Virus record (IMG/VR): IMGVR_UViG_3300049306_000006
Span: 1-64,000 of that record
DNA length: 64,000 nt
Source: a virus
Taxonomy: Duplodnaviria; Caudoviricetes
Strand: one strand, 5' to 3'
Shown: piece by piece, positions 1 to 8,865 of the stretch
How the letters are laid out: the number at the start of each line of letters is the position of its first letter
Numbering within the stretch: the first letter of the stretch is position 1
Translations under genes and position numbers: made by a program
The notes under the pieces: model-generated
What the model was told of the DNA's origin: nothing
The model's input: only the letters and a program-made list of their open reading frames with translations
Database searches by the model: none

Positions 1-378
1 GCGGTTAATGGCGCGCCCCGGCGCTCCGGCGTCCCACTGGTCGGTGAAGCCGTGCTCGTCACCGTTGGCTTCGACGTACGCCGTCGCGTTCTTGGCGATC
101 GGCGTCCAGTAGCGGTAGCCAAACAGCTCGTCGTCCGCGCGCCGGCGAATTACCGCCATCGCGTAGACGCCCTGGTCGTAGCTCTCCGCGGCCAGGTGCC
201 AGTCGTTGTGACTCGTACCGTAGACGCGCTCGAAGGCCGCCTCGAGCTCCGCGACTCCGGCCTGGTGCGTCGCAGTTACGTCTAGGACGACGTCACGACC
301 CAGGTTGCCGCGCGTGATGACCCGGTCGTCCTCGACGACTAGGCGTTGGACGATCGTCACCGCCGGTGACTCAGTCAC
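1..378 (-). CDS. hypothetical phage protein (runs off window start)
   Basis: Hand translation from GTG at 378 (MTESPAVTIVQRLVVEDDRV...) is open to base 1; start overlaps the stop of 371..580. Confidence 0.7.
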   Translation of the reverse strand, partial: MTESPAVTIVQRLVVEDDRVITRGNLGRDVVLDVTATHQAGVAELEAAFERVYGTSHNDWHLAAESYDQGVYAMAVIRRRADDELFGYRYWTPIAKNATAYVEANGDEHGFTDQWDAGAPGRAINR

Positions 379-580
379 GAATCAACCTCCAGTGCTCTTC
401 CATCTTAGTCATACACTCCTCCGCGAGCTCCGAGGAGTCGGCCGCGACAGCCCACAGCCAGCGCTCTAACATGTTCTCAAACGTCTCTGGTGCCTGGTAG
501 CGCCAAGAATCACCGTACAGCATCTCAAAGTACCGGTGAACGTGCTTGGTGATCTCCTGACGTGTTAGGTTCTCAGTCAC
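371..580 (-). CDS. hypothetical protein
   Basis: GTG start with GAGAAAGG RBS; coupled to neighbours. Confidence 0.7.
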   Translation of the reverse strand: MTENLTRQEITKHVHRYFEMLYGDSWRYQAPETFENMLERWLWAVAADSSELAEECMTKMEEHWRLIRD

Positions 581-744
581 CTTTCTCGTCTCCTTCTCAG
601 CGTCTCAACGAACGCTTCGGCGGCTTCGGCGAGCTGACGCCGGCGCTCTACGGACTCACGCTCGCTGTCACACGGCCAGCTCTGGCCGCAGTCTTTACAG
701 ACCTGAACCAGTCGGTGCGTCTTAACGAGACTAGTCTTCCACAT
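577..744 (-). CDS. small Cys-containing hypothetical protein (CKDC...WPC)
   Basis: Hand translation MWKTSLVKTHRLVQVCKDCGQSWPCD..., 55 aa; fills the gap with a GTGA overlap. Confidence 0.6.
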   Translation of the reverse strand: MWKTSLVKTHRLVQVCKDCGQSWPCDSERESVERRRQLAEAAEAFVETLRRRRER

Positions 745-1111
745 CGGTGATCCACCTCGACTTGAGGGTGACCTGGCGCTTGACCAGCACCATCCCGTAG
801 CGGTCGAGCTTACCCTGCGCGCGCCTGTCGTCGTTAGTCAGCCGGGCGTGCGCCAGCGCGCGGCTGGCCGACTCGTCCTCGTAGAGCGGCGTCTCCAGCA
901 ACGCCTGGCGCAGCGCCTCGGGCTGTTCGCCGCGAGCGAACAGCGGCTCCCAGACCTGTGGGTCGTTGAAGATCCCGTACGTCACGCTGACCTCGAGGTC
1001 AGCCGGGTCGACGCCGAGCTCACGCCACTGAGCGTCGAGCTCGGCGAACGCGTGCGTCGGGCCGCTGAGGTCGGCCTGCGCTACGTAGTTTGTGTCCTCT
1101 GTCTCGCTCAC
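731..1111 (-). CDS. hypothetical protein
   Basis: Likely start GTG 1111 (MSETEDTNY...) overlapping the stop of the upstream gene. Confidence 0.65.
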   Translation of the reverse strand: MSETEDTNYVAQADLSGPTHAFAELDAQWRELGVDPADLEVSVTYGIFNDPQVWEPLFARGEQPEALRQALLETPLYEDESASRALAHARLTNDDRRAQGKLDRYGMVLVKRQVTLKSRWITDVED

Positions 1112-1611
1112 GTCGGTAGTACTACCTCGCTCTCTGGGTTGACTCCTAGGCGACGCCAGCGCTCGTCCAGCTGGCCGGTCCGCCACGACAGGCAGGCGCC
1201 GCACGGCGTAGAGTACGCCGACAGGTGCCTGCGGTAGCCCCGCTCGCTGCCGCGGTCGTCGCCGCAGCTGGGCTGCAGCGCTCGCCGGCGAGCGCACGAC
1301 AGCCGCTCCTCTGAGACGGCGACCGGCTCGGCGGTAACGGCCTGGCGCTGACGCCGGCGCAGCGCGTTAACCTGCTCACGCCGGACAGCGTCCTGGACGA
1401 CCTGCTCCTGAGTTCGGTAGCCGAGCGCACCCAGCACCGTGCTGAGCGCCTCGACCTCGTTGAGCTGCGTCTCCGCCTCGTCGCGGCCGTCCAGCTCGGG
1501 GTGACCACGGGCCGCTCTCGCTAGGTTGAGCGCCGCCTGGTGCCGCGTCTCGTCCCGCGGCTCGCGCGGACGCCCCAGCGTCACGAGGGCGTCCGTCAGG
1601 TCGCGTGCCAC
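1108..1611 (-). CDS. hypothetical protein with C-terminal Cys/His zinc-binding-like motif
   Basis: CGDDRGSERGYRRHLSAYSTPCGAC, a motif type common in actinophage proteins. Confidence 0.65.
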   Translation of the reverse strand: MARDLTDALVTLGRPREPRDETRHQAALNLARAARGHPELDGRDEAETQLNEVEALSTVLGALGYRTQEQVVQDAVRREQVNALRRRQRQAVTAEPVAVSEERLSCARRRALQPSCGDDRGSERGYRRHLSAYSTPCGACLSWRTGQLDERWRRLGVNPESEVVLPT

Positions 1612-1915
1612 TACCTGACCAGCGTGATACGTGGCTCGGGCCGCGGTGACGTGCGCGTCACCGGAGCGTCGCTCCGCGGCCCGCAGGCCGCCAGGGTAGC
1701 TGTGGCTAGCACGGCTACGACTAGCACGACCACGACGGCGGCGTTGGTTCTCAAGCCTACCCGGTCTCTCACTCGTCTCTCCTCACGTGTTCAACCGCTC
1801 TCACGAGCTCCATCTTACCAGGTCATGATGATCTTAATAGCCGCGCCGACGTCGTAGTCGACCAGAACGAACAGCCCCAGCGTCGCCGCCAGCTTGTAGG
1901 TCCAGTGCCTGTCTC

Positions 1916-2203
1916 TCACCGGCGTTCCCCCCGTTGGTCGGGTTGGTAGTTCCACTCACCGTCGACGACCGTCAGCATCCCGTCCGACGCGGGTAGGATA
2001 CACACGTGATAGTTACCGTCCCCGTCGAGGTGACAGAGGACGCGTCGCCCGTTCGGACCGTACGTGCCGCGGTGACGCAGCAGCTCACCGCGAAGACCGC
2101 ACGCCGGACAGGGACCGCCGTGAACCGCGGTAAACGACATCTCGAAGGTCGCAGCCTCAGTCGTCGGTGTCACACTGAATACCTCACTCTTCAACTTCCA
2201 CAA
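1916..2203 (-). CDS. hypothetical protein (CPAC)
   Basis: ORF in the minus-strand small-gene run. Confidence 0.55.
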   Translation of the reverse strand: MWKLKSEVFSVTPTTEAATFEMSFTAVHGGPCPACGLRGELLRHRGTYGPNGRRVLCHLDGDGNYHVCILPASDGMLTVVDGEWNYQPDQRGERR

Positions 2204-2440
2204 TCGTGTGATCTAACCGCTCGCTTCCCGCCGACGTGACCCACCCGTGAGCGTCGCGCTCGTCGTCATCGAATCGTTGAAACTTAACCGGTCTAGCCCA
2301 CGACATCGGTCCCTCGGGACACTTCCAGACGTGTTGCCAGGTCAGCTGGCGCGCCTCGGTGAAGTTACCGGTGACGGCGTAGCTGGTGCCGTAGCAGCGC
2401 AGCTCTAGTTTCACAGCGTTACCTCTCGTAGTGTTACCTC

Positions 2441-2794
2441 TCACAGCGTCACGCGGTGAACGACCGCGGCGTGCCTGACGGCGGACGCGACCGCGTCCAC
2501 GTGCGTGTACGCGAGCGAGAACGCTCCGCGGTACGAGACCAGGCACGCGTCACAGCGTACCCACCACAGCCGACTAGTGTATACCCGGTCCCTGTAGATC
2601 CGCAGCTTCGAGTCCAACCACATCACCCTCTGAACTGTCCTAATCGGCTTCCAGCCGCGCACGTCTCGCCGGCCGCGCAGCGTGTGTACCGTCGGTGCGA
2701 AGACGGAGCGTCCCTCGCGGTACGGAGCCACCCACCTCGCCGGTGTGGCCGCCGGTGTGCCTGCCGGTGTCGTTACCTGGCTGGCTAGCTCCAC
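2441..2794 (-). CDS. hypothetical protein
   Basis: GGGGAG RBS; overlapping gene run. Confidence 0.55.
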   Translation of the reverse strand: MELASQVTTPAGTPAATPARWVAPYREGRSVFAPTVHTLRGRRDVRGWKPIRTVQRVMWLDSKLRIYRDRVYTSRLWWVRCDACLVSYRGAFSLAYTHVDAVASAVRHAAVVHRVTL

Positions 2795-3015
2795 GCGCGT
2801 TCTCCCCTCTCCGTCACGTGTGTCTCTCCCCGCGCTAACGCGTCACGTAGCGCGGCTAGGTACTCGACGTCAGCCCGGTTTATGGACCGTACCCACTCGT
2901 TCGGTAGCACGTACTCGTGCCAGCCGACCAGCTGGACGTAGCGTACGCCGTGATCCGCTCTAGAGCTGTCACAGTACGCGCAGGCTACCTCTCGGAGCGT
3001 TAGCGTGTCAGTCAC
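2785..3015 (-). CDS. hypothetical protein (CAYC)
   Basis: GTGA coupling; shares a VGWHxF/YVxP motif with 12882..13151. Confidence 0.6.
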   Translation of the reverse strand: MTDTLTLREVACAYCDSSRADHGVRYVQLVGWHEYVLPNEWVRSINRADVEYLAALRDALARGETHVTERGERAWS

Positions 3016-3272
3016 CGGACATCACTCGCCGCGGCGACGTCTCCGGGACCCGCGAGCCGCAGGAGCTGCGCTCCCTTCACTAGCACCTCACCGAGTACCT
3101 TCTCGGTGTGAATATAGTGTCCCAGCTCGCGTACCTCACGCGTAGTTTTTGACGTAACGTTGTGATCTCGTAGGTACTGACCGCCCGAAGACACGCTGAC
3201 CTTGACCTCCTGTACACGGATCTCGACGACGTAGTGCGTCGTAACTTCGATCTTCTCTGGTGTGTAGCTCAC
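3012..3272 (-). CDS. hypothetical protein
   Basis: GTGA coupling on both sides. Confidence 0.65.
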   Translation of the reverse strand: MSYTPEKIEVTTHYVVEIRVQEVKVSVSSGGQYLRDHNVTSKTTREVRELGHYIHTEKVLGEVLVKGAQLLRLAGPGDVAAASDVR

Positions 3273-3478
3273 TCTGTCTCGTTCTCTCTTTTACACATAG
3301 TCTCTTGCGGAACGTAGTTTCGCCCGCGCCAGCTGATGACCTCACCGTCCAGCGAGGCGAAGCACTCGGGACCGATCACAATCACCGTCGGATCACGCTG
3401 CAGCGCGCGAAGCTCACCCTGGAGAACGCGCGTGCGCGCCTCGATGTCCCAGATTCGGCTCATCTCTCCTCTTTTCAC
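3269..3478 (-). CDS. hypothetical protein
   Basis: GAGGAG RBS before internal ATG (MSRIWDIE). Confidence 0.6.
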   Translation of the reverse strand: MKRGEMSRIWDIEARTRVLQGELRALQRDPTVIVIGPECFASLDGEVISWRGRNYVPQETMCKRENETE

Positions 3479-3521
3479 GGCACATAACCTTTTTTCACGT
3501 TACAGAATCTCCGTCGGTTCA

Positions 3522-3860
3522 CTACGCACCGTAGCAGCCCGTCTCACCGTTGCTCACCCAGCACGCTCTGTGTCTCGCCCAGAAGTTCTCGAACCAGTCC
3601 CAACGCAGCTTGTCACTCTCGTCGTCCCAGTACGCCCAACCGCCGGCGTGAAAGCTCGTCGCACGAACGTAGTCCTCTAGGACACCGCGCCTGAGCGGTT
3701 CGTCGAACCACGCCAGCGCCGCGCACAGACCGCAGTTCTTGAGACAACCAGTGGTGCCGAGCTGCGGGTTATCCGCGGCCGGATCATCCTCGCTAGGATA
3801 CGGAAAGTGCTCGTTGATCAGTCCCACGATCAGCCAGCCGAACGCCTGTCTCTCGTCCAC
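3522..3860 (-). CDS. hypothetical protein (CxxxCxxC)
   Basis: GGAGAGG RBS. Confidence 0.65.
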   Translation of the reverse strand: MDERQAFGWLIVGLINEHFPYPSEDDPAADNPQLGTTGCLKNCGLCAALAWFDEPLRRGVLEDYVRATSFHAGGWAYWDDESDKLRWDWFENFWARHRACWVSNGETGCYGA

Positions 3861-4021
3861 GTCACACTACCTCTCCGAAGACCGTCGTGAACGCCCAGCC
3901 CGCCACAGCGACGACGAAGACGAGACCGGTCGCTCCGGCCGCGAGACGTCGCTCACGCTGCGCCAGGCACTCGTGTGTAACCAGGGCGACCAGCGTCGTT
4001 ACCAGGTAGACGACCGCCATC

Positions 4022-4324
4022 CTACGCCTCCCCCGTGTCGTACGCCGCGCGTATCTTACGCAGCGTCTGTGAGCCGTGCGTGTGACCTATACACCTCTCA
4101 CACCGACGTGTTGGCTCTTGAGCTAGTACCCAGGTCGAGTCGCTCACGTGTGTTAAGTTGACCAGGTACTCGCTGACTAAGCTACACAGTGACCTGCGCA
4201 CACCTTCGGCGTCGGCGTCGTGAAAGCGGTGACTAACCAGCTCACCGCCACTCTTCACGCTGAGGGGCACCAGCCACTCCGGCTCCGGCGGCTTCAACTG
4301 TCGCTCACCCTCACTCACCCTCAC
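4022..4324 (-). CDS. hypothetical protein
   Basis: SLCS...RCERC motif; coupled start. Confidence 0.6.
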   Translation of the reverse strand: MRVSEGERQLKPPEPEWLVPLSVKSGGELVSHRFHDADAEGVRRSLCSLVSEYLVNLTHVSDSTWVLAQEPTRRCERCIGHTHGSQTLRKIRAAYDTGEA

Positions 4325-4599
4325 TCACCCTCGCTCACCTCTCCGACCCTCGCTCTCACGTAGGTTTCACCCAGCCACACCACGCGTCCGGTCGTCGCGA
4401 ACTGCCGGTAGGCGGCGGCGTAGCCCTCCTCCCACCCGAGCGCGTACGGCGCCGTCAGGCGCTTCTGCTCGCGCGTCCGGTCACTCCAGTCCGTGTTGAA
4501 CGCCTGACTCAGCTGTTCGGCCGTCACCCTCTTCCTGGTCTGCCACGCTCCCGTGTTCGGCGACAGGGCACGCCGGATCCGCGCTAAGAATCCTCTCAC
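4321..4599 (-). CDS. hypothetical protein
   Basis: GAGGAG RBS; coupled. Confidence 0.6.
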   Translation of the reverse strand: MRGFLARIRRALSPNTGAWQTRKRVTAEQLSQAFNTDWSDRTREQKRLTAPYALGWEEGYAAAYRQFATTGRVVWLGETYVRARVGEVSEGE

Positions 4600-4707
4600 T
4601 CCACTCCTCTCTCACCTCTCCGACGCCGTAGCCCCGCAGCCAGTCGCACGTGCAGCCGGCCAGCCGCGCCTGGTGGCACGGCTGACCCGGCTGCGGCTCG
4701 GTGGCGC

Positions 4708-4962
4708 TCACGGCGCTAAACCCTCGTCTCTGTCCCAGAGACTACGCTCGACGCGCGTTACGTGATAGTCGACCTCGAACGCCGCACGTACCTTAGTCGT
4801 CGTCACGCTCGAGTCGTCGGTCTCGTAGAGCAGCGTGTGGTGCTCACCGGTGACGTCATCACACCACGCTCGCGGATCCACCGGACACTTACCTACCTGT
4901 TTGTTAGTTGGATCGTGTCCTGGCTGGCGCGCCAGCTTCACGGTTACCAGAAAAACGCTCAC
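4708..4962 (-). CDS. hypothetical protein
   Basis: GAGAGG RBS. Confidence 0.6.
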   Translation of the reverse strand: MSVFLVTVKLARQPGHDPTNKQVGKCPVDPRAWCDDVTGEHHTLLYETDDSSVTTTKVRAAFEVDYHVTRVERSLWDRDEGLAP

Positions 4963-4992
4963 TTCTCAGCGTCCTCTCTTCTCTTCAGCGTC

Positions 4993-5463
4993 TTACCAGC
5001 CGGACCAGTACGTGAACACGTCACCGTCGCTCGCCGCGGCGAGCGCCGACTTGAGCGCTTCGTGCGTCCGGCGCAGGTCGTCCAGGTATCCCTCGTCGTA
5101 CTGCGTCGAACCGAAGAAGAACCCGCTCTGCGTCGGCAACAGCCGCTCGGCGATCGTCGTGTCGCGAATCACTAGACCTGGTTCGATTATGTCGCGCCAG
5201 CCGGTGGCGTTGGTCCATTTTTGACCGCAGTTTATCTCACCCGCGACCAGCTCACTGCCGGCCAGGACGGTCTCACAGTCGTCCAGCAAGCTCGCCAGCT
5301 GCGCTCGCGTGACCAGGTAGTCACCGCAGTCGTCCCGTCCGTCCTGGACGTTGCGAACGAACCAGGCGTGCAGCGCGTTGACCTTGCGCCACGTAATCAG
5401 CTCACGCTCGTTCCTGTACTCGCGGTGACTGTCACCGTACACCAGTCCGTGATCTAGTCCCAC
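4993..5463 (-). CDS. conserved phage hypothetical protein (WRKxNAxHxWF family)
   Basis: MGLD start, WRKVNALHAWF, LLPTQSGFFFGSTQYD and terminal YWSGW, a widespread phage family. Confidence 0.8.
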   Translation of the reverse strand: MGLDHGLVYGDSHREYRNERELITWRKVNALHAWFVRNVQDGRDDCGDYLVTRAQLASLLDDCETVLAGSELVAGEINCGQKWTNATGWRDIIEPGLVIRDTTIAERLLPTQSGFFFGSTQYDEGYLDDLRRTHEALKSALAAASDGDVFTYWSGW

Positions 5464-5513
5464 CTCAGTCTCCTCGCTCTCTCCTCGCTCGTTAAAACCT
5501 AGTTTTTATTGTA

Positions 5514-6170
5514 TCACATCCGGTCGCCGAAGTGCCACGAGTTCGTGCAGGCTTCGACCTCCAGCTCGGCGTTCGCTCGCTCACACTCCGGACAGACCTC
5601 GACGAGCTCAGCTAGCTCACAGCCAAACCTCACGGTCTCGGAGCGAGAGGTCGCCGGCGACCTAACCGGATCGCCAGAACGCAGCCGACGGTGGTTGCGC
5701 GCCAGGAAGACGAGCTGGTCTGCCAGGCGCAGAGCGTCCTCGACGCTCAGCTGAACGTCCGCTGAGTCTCGCGGACCGTCGGGCACGTCGGCGTCCTCCG
5801 GCACGGCCACGAAGATACGGACGCACGGTGTGACGTCCGCTGACTCACGGACACTAACGACGCCGCCCGGGTGGGTGCCTGGAATCACGGGCATGCGGAG
5901 AAGCTTGTGACTCGTCGGAACCAGGTGCGGCTCGACGACGTCGCTCGCTGTCGCCGTGTGAATCAGGTCAGCGTTCAGCCGACACGTATCACACATCCTA
6001 GTACCGCCGCACCGTGCCACGTTTCGCGGCCTGTCACCGACCTTGGCCTCGCCGCAGCACCGGTGACCGTGGTTGGTGTAGCCGTGTCTCACCGTCTCGC
6101 TCGTCACGTTGTCCCTACCTCTCCGGCGCCGTAGCCGCTCTCTGGCACGTAGACTCTCGTCGCCGTACAA
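5514..6170 (-). CDS. hypothetical Cys-rich protein
   Basis: HGHRCC...RCGG..MCDTC motifs; start uncertain. Confidence 0.55.
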   Translation of the reverse strand: MYGDESLRARERLRRRRGRDNVTSETVRHGYTNHGHRCCGEAKVGDRPRNVARCGGTRMCDTCRLNADLIHTATASDVVEPHLVPTSHKLLRMPVIPGTHPGGVVSVRESADVTPCVRIFVAVPEDADVPDGPRDSADVQLSVEDALRLADQLVFLARNHRRLRSGDPVRSPATSRSETVRFGCELAELVEVCPECERANAELEVEACTNSWHFGDRM

Positions 6171-6230
6171 ACTACGGAGCGGCGGCTGTTCGCACGCTCT
6201 CGCACCTCTGAGGCCGTCTCTAGCCGCACT

Positions 6231-6440
6231 CTAGTCGTCGAACGAGGTCGACGAGTCACGAACCACGACGGCGGCCACGACCTCGGCTAAGTTGATGAAC
6301 TCGAGCTTGCGCGTCCACTCAACCGGTGTCCGCCAGCTGAGCTCAACCGGCTGGTGACTGAGCTGACTGTGACCGAAGCTGAGCTCCTCGACGTCGGCCG
6401 TGACTCGTGCGCCGCTCCTCAGCGTGAGCTCTAGTTTCAC
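6231..6440 (-). CDS. hypothetical protein
   Basis: Purine-rich RBS; TAGGAT -10 element upstream. Confidence 0.6.
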   Translation of the reverse strand: MKLELTLRSGARVTADVEELSFGHSQLSHQPVELSWRTPVEWTRKLEFINLAEVVAAVVVRDSSTSFDD

Positions 6441-6542
6441 TCTTTCTCTTTCCTCTCGTTCGCCTCACTCGTCTCGTTGTCACAAACTATCCTATCACAA
6501 GCGGTGAGCCCAGCGCCGGTCGTCGGCGCTGGGCTCTCAAGC

Positions 6543-6773
6543 TTAGCTCGGTACGCGTACCGGATCTTGGTCGAACCGAACGATCAGGCCAGCGGGACGA
6601 CCCGCGTAGCTCGGAACCAGGTCGTACGTCACCATCGTAGCGTACGTGCCGTCCGCGACGTCCTCGTCCCAGTCGGTCGCCTCGAACAGCCTGTCGTGGA
6701 TCAGCGGGTGGTCCGGTGCCTCGACTCGGATCACGTCGTCGGTCAGGATCGCAGTTACCAGTGCGGTCGTCAC
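6543..6773 (-). CDS. hypothetical protein
   Basis: GAGGAG RBS; TATAAT -10 element at about 6850. Confidence 0.65.
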   Translation of the reverse strand: MTTALVTAILTDDVIRVEAPDHPLIHDRLFEATDWDEDVADGTYATMVTYDLVPSYAGRPAGLIVRFDQDPVRVPS

Positions 6774-7029
6774 GTTCTCTCCTCACTTCGTTTCACGTTT
6801 CGTCACTCGCTTCGTCTCGCGCTCAGCGGCGCGAGCTGAACTAGATCCTATTATATCAGGTTCGCGCGTCCCGCGAACCGCCGGAGGCCGTTTTCGCGCT
6901 CTCGCGCTCCCGTGCTCTCTCGCCCTCTCTCGTCCTCTCTCGTCGCCGCCCCAGCGTATCTAGCACCAGGCGCTCGCTGGCACGCTCTCGTGCCTCTGGA
7001 GGCGCTCTCGTGCCCGTCTCCGGCACGCG

Positions 7030-7806
7030 CTAGGCCAGCTCGCCGTCCAGCGTGTCCCGGCCGGCGGCCTGCTCCAGCTCGAGCAGCTTAGCGGACATGG
7101 CCCGCAGCGCCGCCTCACGCGCGCTTCCCGTGACGCCGGCGGCGTCCAGGCCCGCGTTCGCGGCCAGAATCATAGCCTGCGCCTCGACCTCCAGCTGGCG
7201 CACGAGCCGCTCGGCGACCCCCGCGTCGATGGCCAGCTTCGAGATCCTAGCCAGCCGGTCGTGCCAGAACTCGGCCTGCTTGACCCAGAAGTTCAGGTTG
7301 TCACCGTCCTCACCGACCTTACCCGCCCGTCCTGAGTCCTCGCCGGGCGGCTCCAGCTGGCGGTCCGAGTAGGCCGAGCCCAGCTTGGCCTCACAGAAGG
7401 CCACGCGACCGGCCGCGATCCGGACGGCCAGCAGCAGCCCGTCCCACGGGCTGACGTCCAGCGCCTGCGCGAACGCGTGTGCCACGACCCACGCTCCCTC
7501 CCTGACCCCGTCCTCCGTCTCGCCGCCGTGCCTGCGACACCGTCCCACGCCGGGGTGAGACGTTCCCGTTCCCGCCGGCCTGCCACACAGCTCACCGCGC
7601 AGCGGTCCCGTCACAATCTTAGCAAAGCACAGCGAGACGTCCGGGTCTCGCTCCAGCTGTTTCCTAGTCTGGTCCTCGCCGGCCCACGTCAACGTCTCGG
7701 GATCTACCAGGGCTCCTCCCCCCGCACGTTGCCTAGTCCAGGCGGCTCGCGCCGCGGCGTACAGCTCCGGACGAGCTTCAAGCTCGTGAGACGTGTCAGC
7801 TCGCAC
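7030..7806 (-). CDS. terS: terminase small subunit (HGG-motif type)
   Basis: CFAK...CGRPAGTGTSHPGVGRCRRHGG N-terminal motif plus helical C-terminus, typical of actinophage TerS; AGGAGG RBS. Confidence 0.7.
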   Translation of the reverse strand: MRADTSHELEARPELYAAARAAWTRQRAGGGALVDPETLTWAGEDQTRKQLERDPDVSLCFAKIVTGPLRGELCGRPAGTGTSHPGVGRCRRHGGETEDGVREGAWVVAHAFAQALDVSPWDGLLLAVRIAAGRVAFCEAKLGSAYSDRQLEPPGEDSGRAGKVGEDGDNLNFWVKQAEFWHDRLARISKLAIDAGVAERLVRQLEVEAQAMILAANAGLDAAGVTGSAREAALRAMSAKLLELEQAAGRDTLDGELA

Positions 7807-7898
7807 CGTTCACCTCCTACGCTAACCGGTGTAGCCAGGTTGATACGGTTTTCACCGTGTTGAGTAAGCGCGGTACTCGACACGTGGTAAGTCTCAAC

Positions 7899-8414
7899 TC
7901 ACGACAGGTCTCGAGCGTCGCTGACGCGTATCTCAGCGGCCGCTCTCGGATCGATCTTTCCTAACGCGTCGACGAACAGCGTCGGCCAGGTTACCTGTTC
8001 ACCCTCCGACCACAGCGGAAAGATGTCCGCCGAGCCGTCCGTGGGAAGCTCAGCCCCGAGCGCGGCTGTGAGCTCAGCCGCGGGAACGGTCTTAGGTACC
8101 GTGATTACCGCGACGAACTCAGCCCCCAGCGACTCCGCGTAGGTGATCATTCTCACGACCGCGCTAGCAACCGCGCTAGCGGCCGTGAGGTCTCCCTTCG
8201 CTCTGGCTTGCCAGACGCCGAGCTGACCGTTGTCGATGTATCCTACCCAGGTAGGTATGTTCTTAAACCTGTCGAACGCCGCTGCTACGAACCGGGGTTC
8301 TACGACGACTACGAACGACGTCTGGTCCGCCAGCTGTGCTGCGAGCTCGGAGATCGCTTTCCTACGACTAATGATTGAACCAATCATCGTTCTGCTCCTA
8401 GTTTCTTCTCTCAC
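7899..8414 (-). CDS. hypothetical protein
   Basis: AGGAG RBS before ATG (MIGSIISRR). Confidence 0.6.
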   Translation of the reverse strand: MREETRSRTMIGSIISRRKAISELAAQLADQTSFVVVVEPRFVAAAFDRFKNIPTWVGYIDNGQLGVWQARAKGDLTAASAVASAVVRMITYAESLGAEFVAVITVPKTVPAAELTAALGAELPTDGSADIFPLWSEGEQVTWPTLFVDALGKIDPRAAAEIRVSDARDLS

Positions 8415-8865
8415 CGCTGACTTTATATTTAAGATCTTGTAACTCTCTCGTCGCTAACTTCTGCACAGCATATTCAAGATCTTAGGAGTTGGACAGTTGG
8501 ACGGAAAAGTGCGGAATTCAGCTTCAGGCCCACGTACGTACCCAAGCGTACCCCTGCGTATACGTCTAGCTGCTAACTTGTTTTTTTCTGTCCAACTGTC
8601 CAACTGGCTTAGTCCAGCTATAATAATAAATAAGAATATAATCTCTACTATATAAAACATCTCACATCATAAGATCAAAAACTTGGACACTTCGTGGTCC
8701 AGCTAGCTGTCCAACTCTCCGAAAAAGCTGTCCAACTAGCTCAAACACATCACCGTGTTGAAAAATTTAAGTCACAAGTGAGTTGGACACTTCTCTCCAG
8801 AGCAACTTGGACTCAATCATTGATCAACATCTGTGACGTTTCACCGCACCAGCAGATTCACAAGC
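8415..8865. repeat. AT-rich region with GTCCAACT iterons; putative replication origin
   Basis: Seven perfect GTCCAACT/AGTTGGAC copies (8487, 8495, 8590, 8598, 8709, 8730, 8781) plus variants, around an A/T tract, immediately downstream of the primase-helicase genes. Confidence 0.7.

Noticed and set aside
4304-4339. CTCACCCTCA tandem repeats
   Set aside because: Explained by slippage duplication of an RBS/GTGA start-stop junction
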